From contig BCIN01000010.1 in assembly GCA_039545335.1 (NCBI GenBank), positions 62,001-126,000 of the forward strand: a DNA stretch of 64,000 bases, in the 5' to 3' direction. Under the pieces are notes generated by a model. It did not search any database and was not told the origin of the DNA. It saw only the letters and a program-made list of their open reading frames with translations. The DNA comes from Kondoa subrosea. Lineage: Eukaryota. The translations under genes and the position numbers were made by a program. Below, in pieces: positions 24,084 through 37,145 of the stretch. The stretch's first letter is position 1, and the number at the start of each line of letters is the position of its first letter.

Positions 24084-27000
24084 CTATACATACAACCAAT
24101 CGCCAGTCGAGTTAGCCCAGCTCTGCAATTCCGCCCCGGTTGCATGAACAAAACGCATTCGATCCGGCACGACTTGAACTTCAGATCCACCTTCCGCTGA
24201 CTCTCTTTGCGATGAAGCATTACCACCCAGAAGCACACCAAATCCAGATCCGCCGACCAGTGTCTCGTAGCAGACAAATCCAGCCGAGGTGAGTTCTTGC
24301 TTTAGCGCTTCAAGTTTGCTAGATGAGAAGCCTGTTCGACCGACGTTAGCTTGCGCCTAGACAGAAACGTGATGGCCAACCATCAGGGATAAGAGTCACT
24401 GCACAGCCTCCACCTCCAGCTCCAGTCAGCTTAGTCTTTAGACCATAAGGCTGAGCAGCGGTTTTGACACGAATCGTTTCTAGTGCAGGATGCGATACTT
24501 GCAGCGTATCGAGATGCTTGCTGTTCTGTTCTATCAAAGACTGCGAAGCGATATCTGGATTAGATTCTGGCAATCAAACCAAATCGTCCTCCTTACTTGA
24601 AGGGTATCGAGCTGCTGCAGTCTGGACATATCACTATCCGCCAAACATCTTTGAGCCTCATCCGAGATCTCTTGTATAGACTGCAGTATCCCTTGAACCA
24701 ATTCTGGCTGAGCATCTTTGAGCGTTTGTACTTTCGCAACCAATTCTTTCGTATTGCGCGGAATCTTGGTATCGGTCAAGAGGAATCGCAAACTCTTGAA
24801 GCCTCTAACGCCTTCTAGCGTAGCTTTTCCTCCTTGTGTTTTGGACCGGGTGAATGCTAGTGCTCCACCGTGACTTGCTACTGAATTATCGACACCGCTA
24901 GGTTTGCCATGAATAATTTTTTCAGCCAAGAAAGCCCACGAATTGACTGTATCAGCTTGATCGAAAGAAAGAGATCTTCGACCGGCATGCTCTTTCGAGT
25001 GCAGTGATGAAGGAAGTGTAAGGCGTTGATGTGTATATAGAAGAGATGAAGCGATGCAGACGGAATAGGCAGCCGAAGAGCCAAGGCCTGCAGAGATCGG
25101 TAGCGCTGTGCGAATAGTGAAGCTTTGACCCATTCTATTACAGATAATTAACGTAAGTCGAATGGAGATTAACAACTCACTTCCTGCTGTGGTCGGCTAA
25201 GCGAATGTAAAGATATAGGAATGCTTGAACTGCGTGAACTGCTCTTTTGTCCAAGCCATTAACAAAAGGTTCCAGTCGCTGTAATAGGCCTTCATCAGGT
25301 TGTTCATCCGGTGTTGAAGAGAATTCATGATCGAGAGGGAGATCAGATAAGTTCCAGTCGTGCGAAAGTTCAAAGTCGGACAGATGGAGAGTGACAATTT
25401 CATCACTTCTTGCTTCTGTCAGACAGTAGCAGCGAAGATCCACTGATCCAGCAATTGCTGTCTGTCAAACCAGACCAACAAGCCAGGTCAGGAGCGATTT
25501 AGTTAGTGGCACCCGGACTCACCACTCCGTGTACTACCGCATGTTCACCAAAGAGAATGACTTTGCCCGGTGCAGAGACAAGTAAATTTGCAGAACTCTT
25601 TGGAACAAGGGAAGTTCGAGCTAGAGATTGGGCAAGTTGATCTGCATGACTGCCTGTCCGAGCGATAGTACCATCTTCCGAAACCGTGATTGCTCCAGCT
25701 TCTTGTAATGCGAATTCTAAATCATCCAACAAATCATCCGTATCTTCGATTCCAACGCATAGTCGAATGAGGTCTTCTTGTAGACCACGAGCAGCTCTGA
25801 CAGCCGGATCGATGGAAGCATGTCTGTACAAATCACCCTAAAAGTAAGATTTGACAATCTGCATAGTGGGGGCAAACGTACGACATCAAACAAGGCATGC
25901 TTATCAGGCTGTTGACACAACCAAAGCTGACACTGATTCCCCATAATCTAGCCGCCGCTACTATCCGTTCACTGAGCGCTTTATCATCCGTTACAAAGCT
26001 CAAGACCGCTCCTGGACCTCTTGCTAATCGATCATGAATGTCTTTGTTTGGATGTGAAGCTAGACCAGGGAAATGAACTTTGAAGCCTAAACTATGCAGG
26101 TATTCAGCTACTACTTGAGCTGAACGTTGTTGCTGTTCTAATCGTAAGGCTAGAGTTTTGATACCGCGAAGTAAAAGAAAAGAATCGATAGGTGCCAAAC
26201 CGTTTCCGATAGAGTTGATGACAAAAGCGATGCGCTATAGATTATCAAGATCTGAGTTTTCAACACTGCTTTGAAGCACAGCAATAGAAAACTGACTTTG
26301 GCTACATCATCTCGATCGCAAACAACTATGCCTGCCATGAGATCGTGATGACCGCTGAGATATTTCGTTCCAGAATCATAAACTAGATCTGCACCATGCT
26401 CGAGCGGTCTTTGCAAGTATGGGCTCATCATAGTATTGTCAACCACGACCAGGCATTCTCGAATATGTTTATGTACTAGATCAGCAATAGCTGCCAAGTC
26501 TGCTATTTGAAGTAAAGGATTGGTAGGCGATTCGAGCAGAACCATGGCAACTTTGGAGTCTGGTTTGGACAGATGAGGGATTAGGATGTCGGGTTGAGTA
26601 GTATCTAAATGATGGACTATAATGCCGTTGTGCTCTTTGAGATATGCCAGTAATCTGTTTGAGCCGCCGTAAAGATCATTGCCTATGACTACATCAGCAT
26701 TCGAGTCACACCATCAGAACCTTTGCAGAGCTAACCAGCGATAACTTCATCTCCTGGCTTCAGCAATCTGAAGATCACATCCAATGCACCCATTCCAGAT
26801 GAGACAGCGAATGCATGCTGAGAACCAGAGATCTTGGCTACATGATGTTCAAGAAAACTCCGAGTTGGGTTGCCTGAGCGAGTATAATCGTATTGCCCTC
26901 CCATTCCTTTGAAAGTAGCGGTCTGATATATAGGAACAGAAGAGCTGCCCCATTGATCCTGATGCTGTGGATCTGGGTTTTCGACATTCACGCATTGCGT

Positions 27001-27129
27001 GCTCAAACGATATCTGCTGGACTTGGCTCGCCTGCTATGCGATGCTACTGAGGTAGCTGGTGTTTCTGAGGTTGTAGGCGACCCAGGGAAGCTTGCTAGA
27101 GAAGCAACAGAAGTAGCCAGGGATTCCAT
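24084..27129 (-). CDS. STR3-ERG12: Fused cystathionine beta-lyase (N-term) - mevalonate kinase (C-term)
   Basis: CBL motifs PIYQTATF, YTRSGNPT, LESPTNP, VDNT, PLP-Lys SGTKYLSGHHD, LIRLCVGIE. The same exon continues into MVK VSAPGKVILFGEHAVVHG; later LPISAGLGSSAA, HGKPSGVDN, KLTGAGGGGC. Confidence 0.93.
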
Positions 27130-28131
27130 GTTGGTGCAAGATCAAGACAAGTTCGGCGCGGGCTTATCACTGGTCGACGACCTTGCTTACTCATCGATGC
27201 AGAATTCTTGCGCTACACATTCGACTCACGAGACTGACTTAGAGCTGCACACTGTTTCCATTCTCCCTTCGCGTCTCATGACTTAATCAAGTTCTGCATG
27301 TCACCATAAATCTCACACTTCTCAATCTGATCACGCCTTTCTGCGTATCTATGCGATGAGCAATCGCGTTTTTTTCTGATGTTCCTGTATTCTTTGCGGC
27401 GACTCGGATGCGCCAAACGGCTATGCGACTAAGCAGTGTTATGCACAATGCACGAGAAGCCGTAAGAGGAGCGACAGCCTAGGCTTCTCGCGTCGTCAGA
27501 AGAGTCTGTTTCGGTTTCTGCTTGCACTCTTCTGACAGTCTAAAGTATCCTCAATATACATTCATCTTTCTGTTTGGCGCGAGCTTCAAAAAGTCGACCT
27601 GTGTGCTCTTTTCCTCTCCCTCTTCAGCTCCGATACTGCGCAGAAACGAATGTGCAGCACGTTATGCCTTACATTCACATACAGATATCCCTTCTCCTCC
27701 GAAGCGATAAGCGCGATCTCCTGACCAATGCAATCTCAGTACGAGCAGATTACTAACGCATCTGTGCTGATTATAGGCCGCGTATTGTACTACTAGACTC
27801 GCGCGAGGAGACTTACTTAATGAGCCCGCATTATTCTTCATCGGATGCTCAAATTTGGGTCAAACTTAAAGCTTTTGCAATATATGATCATTGAGAATGC
27901 TTATCTGACTTATCAACCTTTCGCTGATCCTCTCCGGATCACTTTGTGCGACAGAACGTGCGGTTTAAAAATGGGTTCAATTCAAATGCCCAGACAATCG
28001 GGAACTTCACTCAGATTTTATCCGCCCTCTAAGTTTTTTCTTCTTTCTCACGCCTTTCCACTTCTACCTACCTTCCTTTACATTCGCAACAGTAGACCAA
28101 CTTTGATCTAACTCGCAAACAATTTGCAAGC

Positions 28132-30620
28132 ATGTCATCGTCTCTGGAACAAGGTCATGTGCGCCGTTCTGGGCTGGCTCCCATAGAAGATGAGGACAAG
28201 CCAAAGTACTTCCTTACCAAGCAAGAGGTTAGTCTCTAGATTACATAACCATTCTTTGCTCAAGGGCACATTTCTTGGGACTTAGTTCAAAGTTTTGGCA
28301 ATTGCGTCAACTGGATTCTTTGTGGATGCATATGATTTGTGTTAGTACTTCTCCTCATTCAAATGGTATACTCGCTGATTCATGTTGGGCTACAGTCATC
28401 ATCAATATGATCGTCCCGTGAGCCAACTTCAAATTTCAATATTGGGCTACGGAGACTTATATATGATGTCGCCAGAATCCTGAGCGTCGTTTACACTGGT
28501 CGCTTAAGTGGAAGTATCAAAGAGATTCCTTTGAGCGGTGGTCTGCTCAAGGCGGGAACGAATATCGGTAAGTTGTAATTCGTAGTTTGCTTACCTATGG
28601 CGGTAAACTTATCCATCACATAGGCTGTGTCATTGGACAGATCGCCTTTGGTTTCGTGCGTTCGAACAGAGAAGGAGCAAGATTTAGAAATGCTGACAAC
28701 CAAATTCTTAGGCTGGAGACTACTTTGGTCGAGGCAAAGTCTACGGCAAAGAATTGGCTGTTACGATCCTTGGAACAATCTTGTTCATCTCTTGCCCTAG
28801 TCCTGGATCATTGTATGGCTTTGTACAAGTAATTATGCGCAAGTGCTGATTTCCTTGTTCAGGTCGATCAATGGCGTCTTCACCTACTTGACTTGCTTCC
28901 GTATTCTGATGGGTATTGGTATCGGAGGCGACTACCCAAACTCTTCCGGAACTGTTTCTGACCGCGCAAACATCAAGCGCCGAGGAATCATGTTGGCATT
29001 CATCTTCAGTTTTCAAGGATGGGGAAGTTTCCTCGGATCCGTCCTTGCCATCGTCCTGCTCGAAATCTACAAAAGCAGCGTCTTCACCAATGGAAACGTC
29101 AGCCATTTGAACAGTTTATGGCGTTTACTTGCTGGTCTTATCATTGCACCGGCTTTCGTCACCATGATCTACCGTTTCCGTCTTGGTTCTTCCGTCAGAG
29201 AAAAGAACGTTCAAGCTATTCGAGCTGACCCAACACTCATCGAGAAGGAGAAAGACTTTTACTCTAAAGATGGTTCGGAATCACCTAAAGAGAAAGCCGC
29301 CCTTGCCGATGATGTCCCCTCGGAATCTACTGGTGTACCTGCCACTGCTGATACATGGGAAACACTTCACTATTTCTCTGAGTGGAGACATCTCAAATTG
29401 TTGTTGGGAACTGCTTTGTCTTGGTTTTTGGTGGACAGTGAGTAGCGTGTCGGTCTCTCATAGTATAAGATGCTCATCCAATCTTTCCAGTCACCTTCTA
29501 TGGCGAGTATTATAGCTTTGTCAAATGGTTTCATTCCTAACCTCAGCTCTTCCTTAGGTATCAACTTGAACCAGAGCATCGTCATTCAAAGCGTTGGATT
29601 GGCGGGTAGCAAAGACCCTTGGCAATATCTGTTCGACTTAGCGAAAGCAAACATCATGTAGGTCTTACAAATGTTGAGATATCGCCAGTTGTTGATTCAG
29701 GTGTCTTTTGATTGTAGCATTGCCGCCGCTGGATTCTTACCGGGGTTTGTGCTTTCTCTGCACCTCAGTATCGCCTCTGACTTTGCAGCAGATACTACCT
29801 CACCATGATCTTCATCGAAAAACTCGGCAGAAAGAACATTCAGTTATTGGGTTTCACTATGAACGCTCTGTTCTTGGGTATCCTTGCAGGCGATTTCATG
29901 TCTCTGAAAACAAAGCCAGCTGCGTTCATTGTGTGCTTCGCATTCTTGCAGTATGTCCATTCTTCTCAGCATGTTGACTTCAGAAACTGATAATGATCGC
30001 AGACTCTTCTTCAACTTGTGAGTCGGTGATATGCGACGCGATCAATAACTAATTCCGTCTATCTCCTTCTTAGTGGTGCCAATGGTAGGTCACTACCGCT
30101 TTTCATTCTGTACTTTACTAAAATCTGGGTCCTACAGCAACGACATTCGTGAGCTTAGACATAATGCAGCCATATCTGATGCTGACGAATTGATCAGATC
30201 GTTCCTGCTGAAATCTTCCCAACCCGGGTTCGTGGTGGTGCTCAGTCAGTCCTTTCGATGTACTGTTGAAAATCCCGTCCTGACTTTCTTTCAGTGGTTT
30301 TTCTGCTGCGTGCGGCAAGTGCGGAGCTATCCTCAGTGCTCTTGGGTTCTCTGAATGGCAAAAGCAAATCGGGTCAGTTAATCTCCTATTTCAATGTCTC
30401 CTCCGCTCACGTTGGAGATGAAGCACAAGCAACGTATTGTGGATCTTGTAAGTACCTTTTGCTCTGTGTGTCAGCGAAGCTCATATGCTTTTCTAGCTTT
30501 GCCATCTCTTTCCTCGGTATCGGCTCTACACTTCTGATCGAGGACACCACCGGGCGCGATGCTGATGCTATCGATATGCGGGAGCGACAAGAAAAGGCTG
30601 CCATGGCCTCGTATAAGTGA
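28132..30620 (+). CDS. MFS phosphate / organophosphate permease (Pho84-family, divergent copy)
   Basis: GFFVDAYDL, DYFGRGKVYGKEL, RILMGIGIGGDYP, RRGIMLAFIFSFQGWG, LLGTALSWFLVD, IEKLGRKNIQLLGF, PAEIFPTR; many introns. Confidence 0.85.
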
Positions 30621-31016
30621 AGAAGGGTTGTAAGCCAAAATGTCAGTTAGTGACTATTTTTCTCGTACAAGCTGTATATAGCATATTGTGCATTGTTCAT
30701 CGAGCTATGTGCTTGTAATCTGGTTAGATCACTGCCCTGTCTGTCTGTCTGCTCCTTCGAGCTTCATATCAACATTGCTTTAAGCTGTCGCAGAACTTCT
30801 CCATTTCGCACCAAGTTCGATATCTTCAGCTCTTCGAAATCCGCGATGAGTCTCTTTATATATTTGTGTTATCCTTCCGACTGCTGTCCTCGCTGCTCAT
30901 CGTAAAGTGATTATTTTCTTCGAATCTGAACTTTGGACTTTGCAGACCTGCTTCAACTCTGCTTTACCTTGCATTGTTGCCTCGCACCCACTTCATTTGC
31001 ACTTCATTTGCAAGCA

Positions 31017-31032
31017 CTCTCTCTCTCTCTCT
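31017..31032. repeat. (CT)8 microsatellite
   Basis: ctctctctctctctct in the intergenic region between the two permeases. Confidence 0.7.
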
Positions 31033-31486
31033 TTACACTTGCCGCGTAATTCCATATTACGCAAGTTTGCACGGGCTCATGTTCTGTGCAATGCATTACA
31101 GCTGTTTAATCTCCCTTATCAGTACCCAGCTGATTCTCTGAACTTCTACATACAATTGTTGCTATTTCCTGCCTCTTCTACTCTACTTCTCACCTTGCCT
31201 AGGAGCTTGAACAAGATGTTGCAGAAACTTGCAAAATCCTCCTCTAATTGTACCTTATTCCACAAGCTCCACAATGGTTTCTTCGCTTGTGATTCCGGAG
31301 TCTGGACTATGTACTGCTCAATGCCGATTTCTTCCTTATCGACACGTTCCGAGGAGGATTATCGTTTGCTATTTTAAGATCTTTTATGGATCAGCTCAGC
31401 AACGTGCCAGGCAACAGCATGATACCAAGCTTTTGCTTTTCGTGTCCTCTCTTTTAACATACCGCACCTTCAGCAATACAGCAAAG

Positions 31487-34335
31487 ATGGGTTTGGCAGA
31501 AAAGAAAGATTTGGAGTATGATCAGGCCTCCCTGGAAAATGAATTGGATCAGAACAGAAGATCTGCTTTGGCTGCCTTCGATGAAGCAAAGTTCAACAGG
31601 TTTCATGTAAAAACTGTGCTTGTTGCGTATGTCTCAGCTTCTTCCTCCAATGCACACAATCTGAGTTCTTGTATAGCGGTGCCGGGTTCTTCACAGGTTT
31701 GTACTGCCTCACTTCTGATGAACAAGATCCGCTGAGCGATCCTGCGCATCTTAGATGCATACGAGTCAGTTTCCTATCTGCCTACATTGTCCGATGTCTG
31801 ATTTGTAACCCGCTAGTATCTTTGCCATCAACATCGCAAGTACTATGATCGGTTATGTGTATGGCAACAAGGGGGCTTTAACGTTAGTCTTCTATCTTCG
31901 CTTGTTCAGCAACAGCTGACAAACCAATTAGGGCAAACCAAGATCTCGGATTGAAGATCGCTACTCCAGTTGGTACTTTAGTTGGACAGCTCTTATTCGG
32001 TTGGTTAGCGGATCGATATGGACGAAAGAAGATGTACGGTATTGGTCAGTCGCGCTGTGTGTTTCTGCTGGAACTCGTCATTGACCTTTGTACAGAACTC
32101 ATCATCATTCTCATCTCTACTCTTGGTCAAGCTGTCGCTGGTCACGGTCCTGGTGTATCTATCATTGGTGTCCTGATCATGTGGAGATTCATCAGTCAGT
32201 CTAAACTTCTGATTCGTTTCAAGCCTTTCTGACAGGTTTACGCAGTGGGTGTTGGTATTGGGTTTGTTGGGCCTCCATGAAAGCGTCCACCTTTGACTCA
32301 CCCTGGACATTTGTAGAGGCGACTATCCCTTGTCGGCCTGTATCACTTCAGAGTGTACGGCTGAAAGCTTCTTGCAACATTCGAATCGCTTGCTCATGTT
32401 TATGTCTTTTTATAGTCGCAGCAACTCGAATCAGAGGTCGTATGATGACTGCTGTCTTCGCTATGCAAGGTCTGCTCACGCTCACAATTCAGTTATTCCC
32501 TGACTGAATCTGAATGTCGCAGGCTGGGGTAATCTCGCAGCTTCCCTTGTTGCAATAATCGTATTAGGTGCTTACAAAGGAAAGATCGAAGGACAAGAGT
32601 CAGTGTTCGCTTTATATCAGCCAGCGTACTTTGCCTGATGCTTACTTTGAAGCTTCCAACCCGGAGGCTTACATCATGTGGATGCGTGCTGGAGATGGTT
32701 ACTAGGCTGTTTGTTTTCTCCTCGCTGCCTTGAAAATACAGTGACATATCTTGTGATTTAGTGGGATGTGTTCCGGCTGCTATTGCCCTCTACTTCCGGT
32801 AATTTTACACATATGATATGAACCCGCAAGCATGAGCTGATAGTTTTCGCAGATTGACTATTCCAGAGTCGCCTCGATACACCATGGATGTCAAAAACAA
32901 CTTGGAAAAGGCTACTCGTGATATCGACAATGTGCAAAAGGCCAACGGAGCACTCGCTGTTCAGCGCGATCTTCACAACGTACCAGTCGCTGTACCTAAA
33001 GCCACCTGGGCTGAATTCAGGCAATACATTGGCCAGTGAGTTTCGCCCTAGCTTGGAATTATTAGTCCGTCCAACTGACCTCTACCAGATGGAAAAACGG
33101 CAAGATCCTTATCGGTACAGCTTACTCCTGGTTTGCTCTGGATGCAAGTTGAATCTTCCTCGATCCGAGGCTAAAAGTTTCTCACACCCGTCACTTTACC
33201 TAGGTCGCCTTCTACGGACTTGGTCTCAATTCATCGATCGTATTGACTGCTATTGGCTTCGGTAGCGTCAGCCAAGGAGCTGCTCGCACTACAGTCAGTT
33301 CTGTCCACTACCATGATTTTATCTAGACTGAGAGCTCTATTCGCCCGCAGGTCATCTGGCAAAACTTGCGAAACGTATCAGTAGGAAATATCATCTTGGC
33401 CGTTGCTGGACTCATCCGTTAGTTCCGTTGGTTCTGCAACGTGAACAATGTATTCATTATGTTGCTAACAGCTGGCTACTGGGTTTCTTTCTTATTCATC
33501 GACTTCTGGGGAAGAAAACCCATCCAGATCATGGTTTGTTCATTTCACTTTGATGATAAGACTGCTCTGACCGATAGGCAATAACTATCCAGGGTTTTAC
33601 GATGCTTACTGTAACTCCTTTTCTGTATTTGTGCCGGTCTCTTGCTTACCTACTTATCTAGATCCTCTTCTGCATCCTTGGTTTCGCGTACCACCCTATA
33701 AAGAACAATTCTGTAGCTGCTTTTACAGTGCTCTACTGCCTGTAAGTCAAGAGCCTCCTCAACAGCAACTTCTGTTCGCTCATGTTTACGCTTCTTGACT
33801 GCCATAGGATCAACTTCTTCCAAAACTTCGGACCCAATACAACAACCTTTGTTGTTCCTGGAGAATGCTTCCCAACCAGATTCCGCTCCACATGCCAGTA
33901 AGCCTCCTCTTCAATCAACACCTGACACGTTCTCACCCCTGCTTCAGCGGGATCTCAGCGGCTAGCGGCAAATGTGAGTTTCCACCCTACCAGAAAGTAT
34001 GAGACTCAGCTCATTGTTTATTTTCACAGTTGGTGCTATCGTATGTCAAACAACACATGATCGACGTTTCTAAATGTTCCCGCTATGGTAGATTGCTCAA
34101 ATTATTGCGTTCAAACTCAAAGATCGTGGAGGAAAGAATAACTGGATCAACCACATTCTTGAGATCTTGTGAGGCTCACGGTGTTCTTCACATTTCCTGT
34201 ACTGATCAATCATTCAGCGCACTTTTCATGTTGACTGGGTTATTCTCTTCCTTCCTTATACCCGAAACGAAAAACAGAACTCTCGAAGAGCTGTCAAATG
34301 AAGAGCAGGAAGGTTTCGTCAAAACTCAGCATTAA
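31487..34335 (+). CDS. PHO84: High-affinity phosphate:H+ symporter Pho84
   Basis: [104 protein letters not shown]; about 24 exons. Confidence 0.92.
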
Positions 34336-34549
34336 AACGGGATGGGAAAGTTTCCATGATCAGGGTCCTTTGGGAGTATTTCGATTAGATTGTCTGTCGT
34401 TTATCAATAGTACTGTTCTTTTGTACGACTTCTTTCCCACGAGACATCGACTTTCGGCTGCCCCTTTTGTGACAAGGCTAACAAGATTGTATATATTGCA
34501 GACTTTTTCCTTAGACACATTGTACAAAATAGACCTCCAAAATCCCTCT

Positions 34550-36599
34550 TCACTCGAATGATGATAGGTGCGACTCGACAATTTTCTCGACTTCTGGGAA
34601 TCTCGGCTTGATATCAGATTGGAACTGTCATTCACATAATTTAGATCTCAATCAATTTCTTTTCCTAAATGAACTCACACTCAAAGGATGAGAAGAGAAT
34701 CCTTCCGAAAACGCATCTACATCCAGCATGATAGGGTTGCCATTGCTGTCGACCTTGTTCTTGATGTCGAAAGCCCACATGATCCGCGAGAAGACAATGA
34801 AGAGCGACCGATCAGCGATCTGTACATCTTATCAGCCTGATAGAGAGTCCTCCTTGATAACATCACGTACATGTAGACCTGGGCTAATCAGCGAAACGCA
34901 CATGAGCGAACAGCGGGCATTTCAGAGCTTGCTCAACATACCAAATCCTTCGTCCCTGTAACAGAAATCAGTCTCTACGCAAATGCAACAAAAGGCAAAA
35001 CATACGAAACCAAAACCATGATGACCTTTATCAGAGTATTTCGTTCCAATCAATTTACCATTTTGCATGAAGCGATCTGGGTCGAAAGCTTCCGGGTTAG
35101 GGTAGACTTCAGGATCCATATGAATCGACCAATGATTAGCGAGAACATTAGATCCTTTGGGAATGAAGTAGCCGTTGTAGACATCATCTTCTGTTGTTGC
35201 GTGACTCAGACCTGGACAACTTAATTAGCAGACTTCAAAAAGAATAGCTTATAACTGACCTCCGGCAATAACAGATCTCCATCTCATGATTTCCCGAATT
35301 ACAGCATTGCAGTATGGCAGATCTTCCTGATCAGCGAATTCAGGCATACGATCTCTTCCGATGACTCGATCCAATTCAGCATGAGCTTTAGGTAGGACAT
35401 GTGGTTGAGAAGTCAGAGTAAAGATGCAAGTAGAAATAGCATCAGCAGTCTGTAAACAGAAATTAGCAGACATAGGGTCTCCATGGTAGTGTACTAACTG
35501 TGTCAGATCCCGCGCCATACATGGCACCAGCCATGAAAACAGATTGGTTATCGGTCAACTGATATTCCTTTTGTGATTGCAGGATAGACTTGGCGAAACA
35601 GTTGGTATCTTTGCCTTCAGATAGATCCTTGCGGACTTTATTGACATGTTTGGAAAAGAGTCGAAGGGTATCGTTGAAAATAGCATCAGCTTCGACTTTC
35701 CAAGGAGCAAGGAATCGAGGTAGATAGTTTAGGAAAGGCAGAGTGTCGACAATGTATGATCCTGGAACTGCTGTCTTTGTCATCTATAGCAAGAAGGATG
35801 AGTAAAGCAGCTTCGATATTGCGAAAATCGCTCTTACAGCTTCGTTGATCTTGCGCATCTACATAATGGGAACAGTCAGAGCGGTCACAAGTCTCATCAT
35901 TGACGACTCACATCAGTAATGGCTGCATCTTCAGGTGTTGGTGCACGAGTATTGAATGCAATTTGCATAATAGTGCTTCCAGCGTATCTTTCAGACAGAG
36001 TGAGTGGAGTCAGACCAGCATAAAAGAGATTATATTACCTTTGAGCATGTCCCCAGAAAGCCTCAGGTCTCTTGCAAAGATCACGAAGGAGAGTTGTACT
36101 TTCCCAATCTTGAATTGGTTCGTAAGTAGAAGAAGGTTTTGGTGCAGTGAGCTGATGCAGAAGCTTGCGTTCTCTTCTCCAGAGATCACCATATTGCATG
36201 AAAGTCAAACGAAGACCGCGTGAGACCAGCTCGGAAGTCATAATCTGCCTTGGTCGTGAAGAATAGATTGCTGATCGTTTGTCAAGAAGTTCCATAGCTG
36301 CTTCGGCTGTACCAAGAACGATGATCTTCCTTCTTCCGAGCTGTACTTGATAGATTGGTCCATACTCTCTTGACCATTCAGCAAGTTTCACCCAAGGGCG
36401 CTTCTTGGGCAATTGGAACATGTTACCCACGAAGGGCAAGCCCGGCTAAAGGGAAGGTGAGCTGATTGTATTCTAGTACAAGGAGAAAGCCACTGACTGG
36501 CCCAGGCAGTTTGGGGTTCTTGCGATCATTTACACGATTGCGGAGTATAAGGGTCGCAAAGACAACAACTCCGACAGCGATCCAAACAGCGGGTTCCAT
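34550..36599 (-). CDS. Cytochrome P450 monooxygenase (CYP64/OrdA-like group)
   Basis: N-terminal TM anchor + LPGP, ELLDKRSAIYSSRP, I-helix AGSDT|T, EIMR (ExxR), FDPDRF, heme motif FGF|GRRIC|PG. Confidence 0.92.
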
Positions 36600-37145
36600 C
36601 TTTGCTTCGTTGCTGCTGTTAAAACGATAGCATCCAGGCTCGAGGGATAGCAGTACATCCCTTGATGAGGCTAATAAGAAGTGGAAGAATGGTTTTCGCT
36701 ATTGCGCTGGACTCGACTGGACTGCAGTAGTGGACTGGTTGAGCTTCAGGCGGAAAAGAAACTCCTGGCAGCAGTGCAGCTTCAAGATGCTGAACAGCGA
36801 TAGCGAACAAATGGATCATTGCTCGAGACAAGGGAGCATTACTTGGAAATTCTTGTGTTCTCTTTTTACCAAAACAACCGACAGGAAACCATACCTGCTA
36901 TTGCTATGCTCGGGCGTAGTTTTGGACCGTTCTATGACGCGTTGAATAGCTCGGAGATCCACAAAGCGGATCTTATCGCATTAGTGATCGATCCCTGAAA
37001 ATTATCAAGAAATGCTTGTTCTCTTGACTTGCTTGGCGTACAGCGCCCAATCCCCTTGATTGCTCCTTGGTCTGATGGCTTTCCTTCTCGCTTTTGTACT
37101 GTTCTGCCTTGCTCAATACCGATCCTACTGCATTGAGAATCTGTC

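Noticed and set aside
18474..27129. COQ6 near mevalonate kinase as a ubiquinone/isoprenoid cluster
   Set aside because: Two unrelated genes intervene; the proximity is compatible with chance in a compact genome.
27130..31486. Pho4-like boxes upstream of the phosphate permeases
   Set aside because: Only an isolated CACGTT (~27658) was seen; no enrichment over chance.
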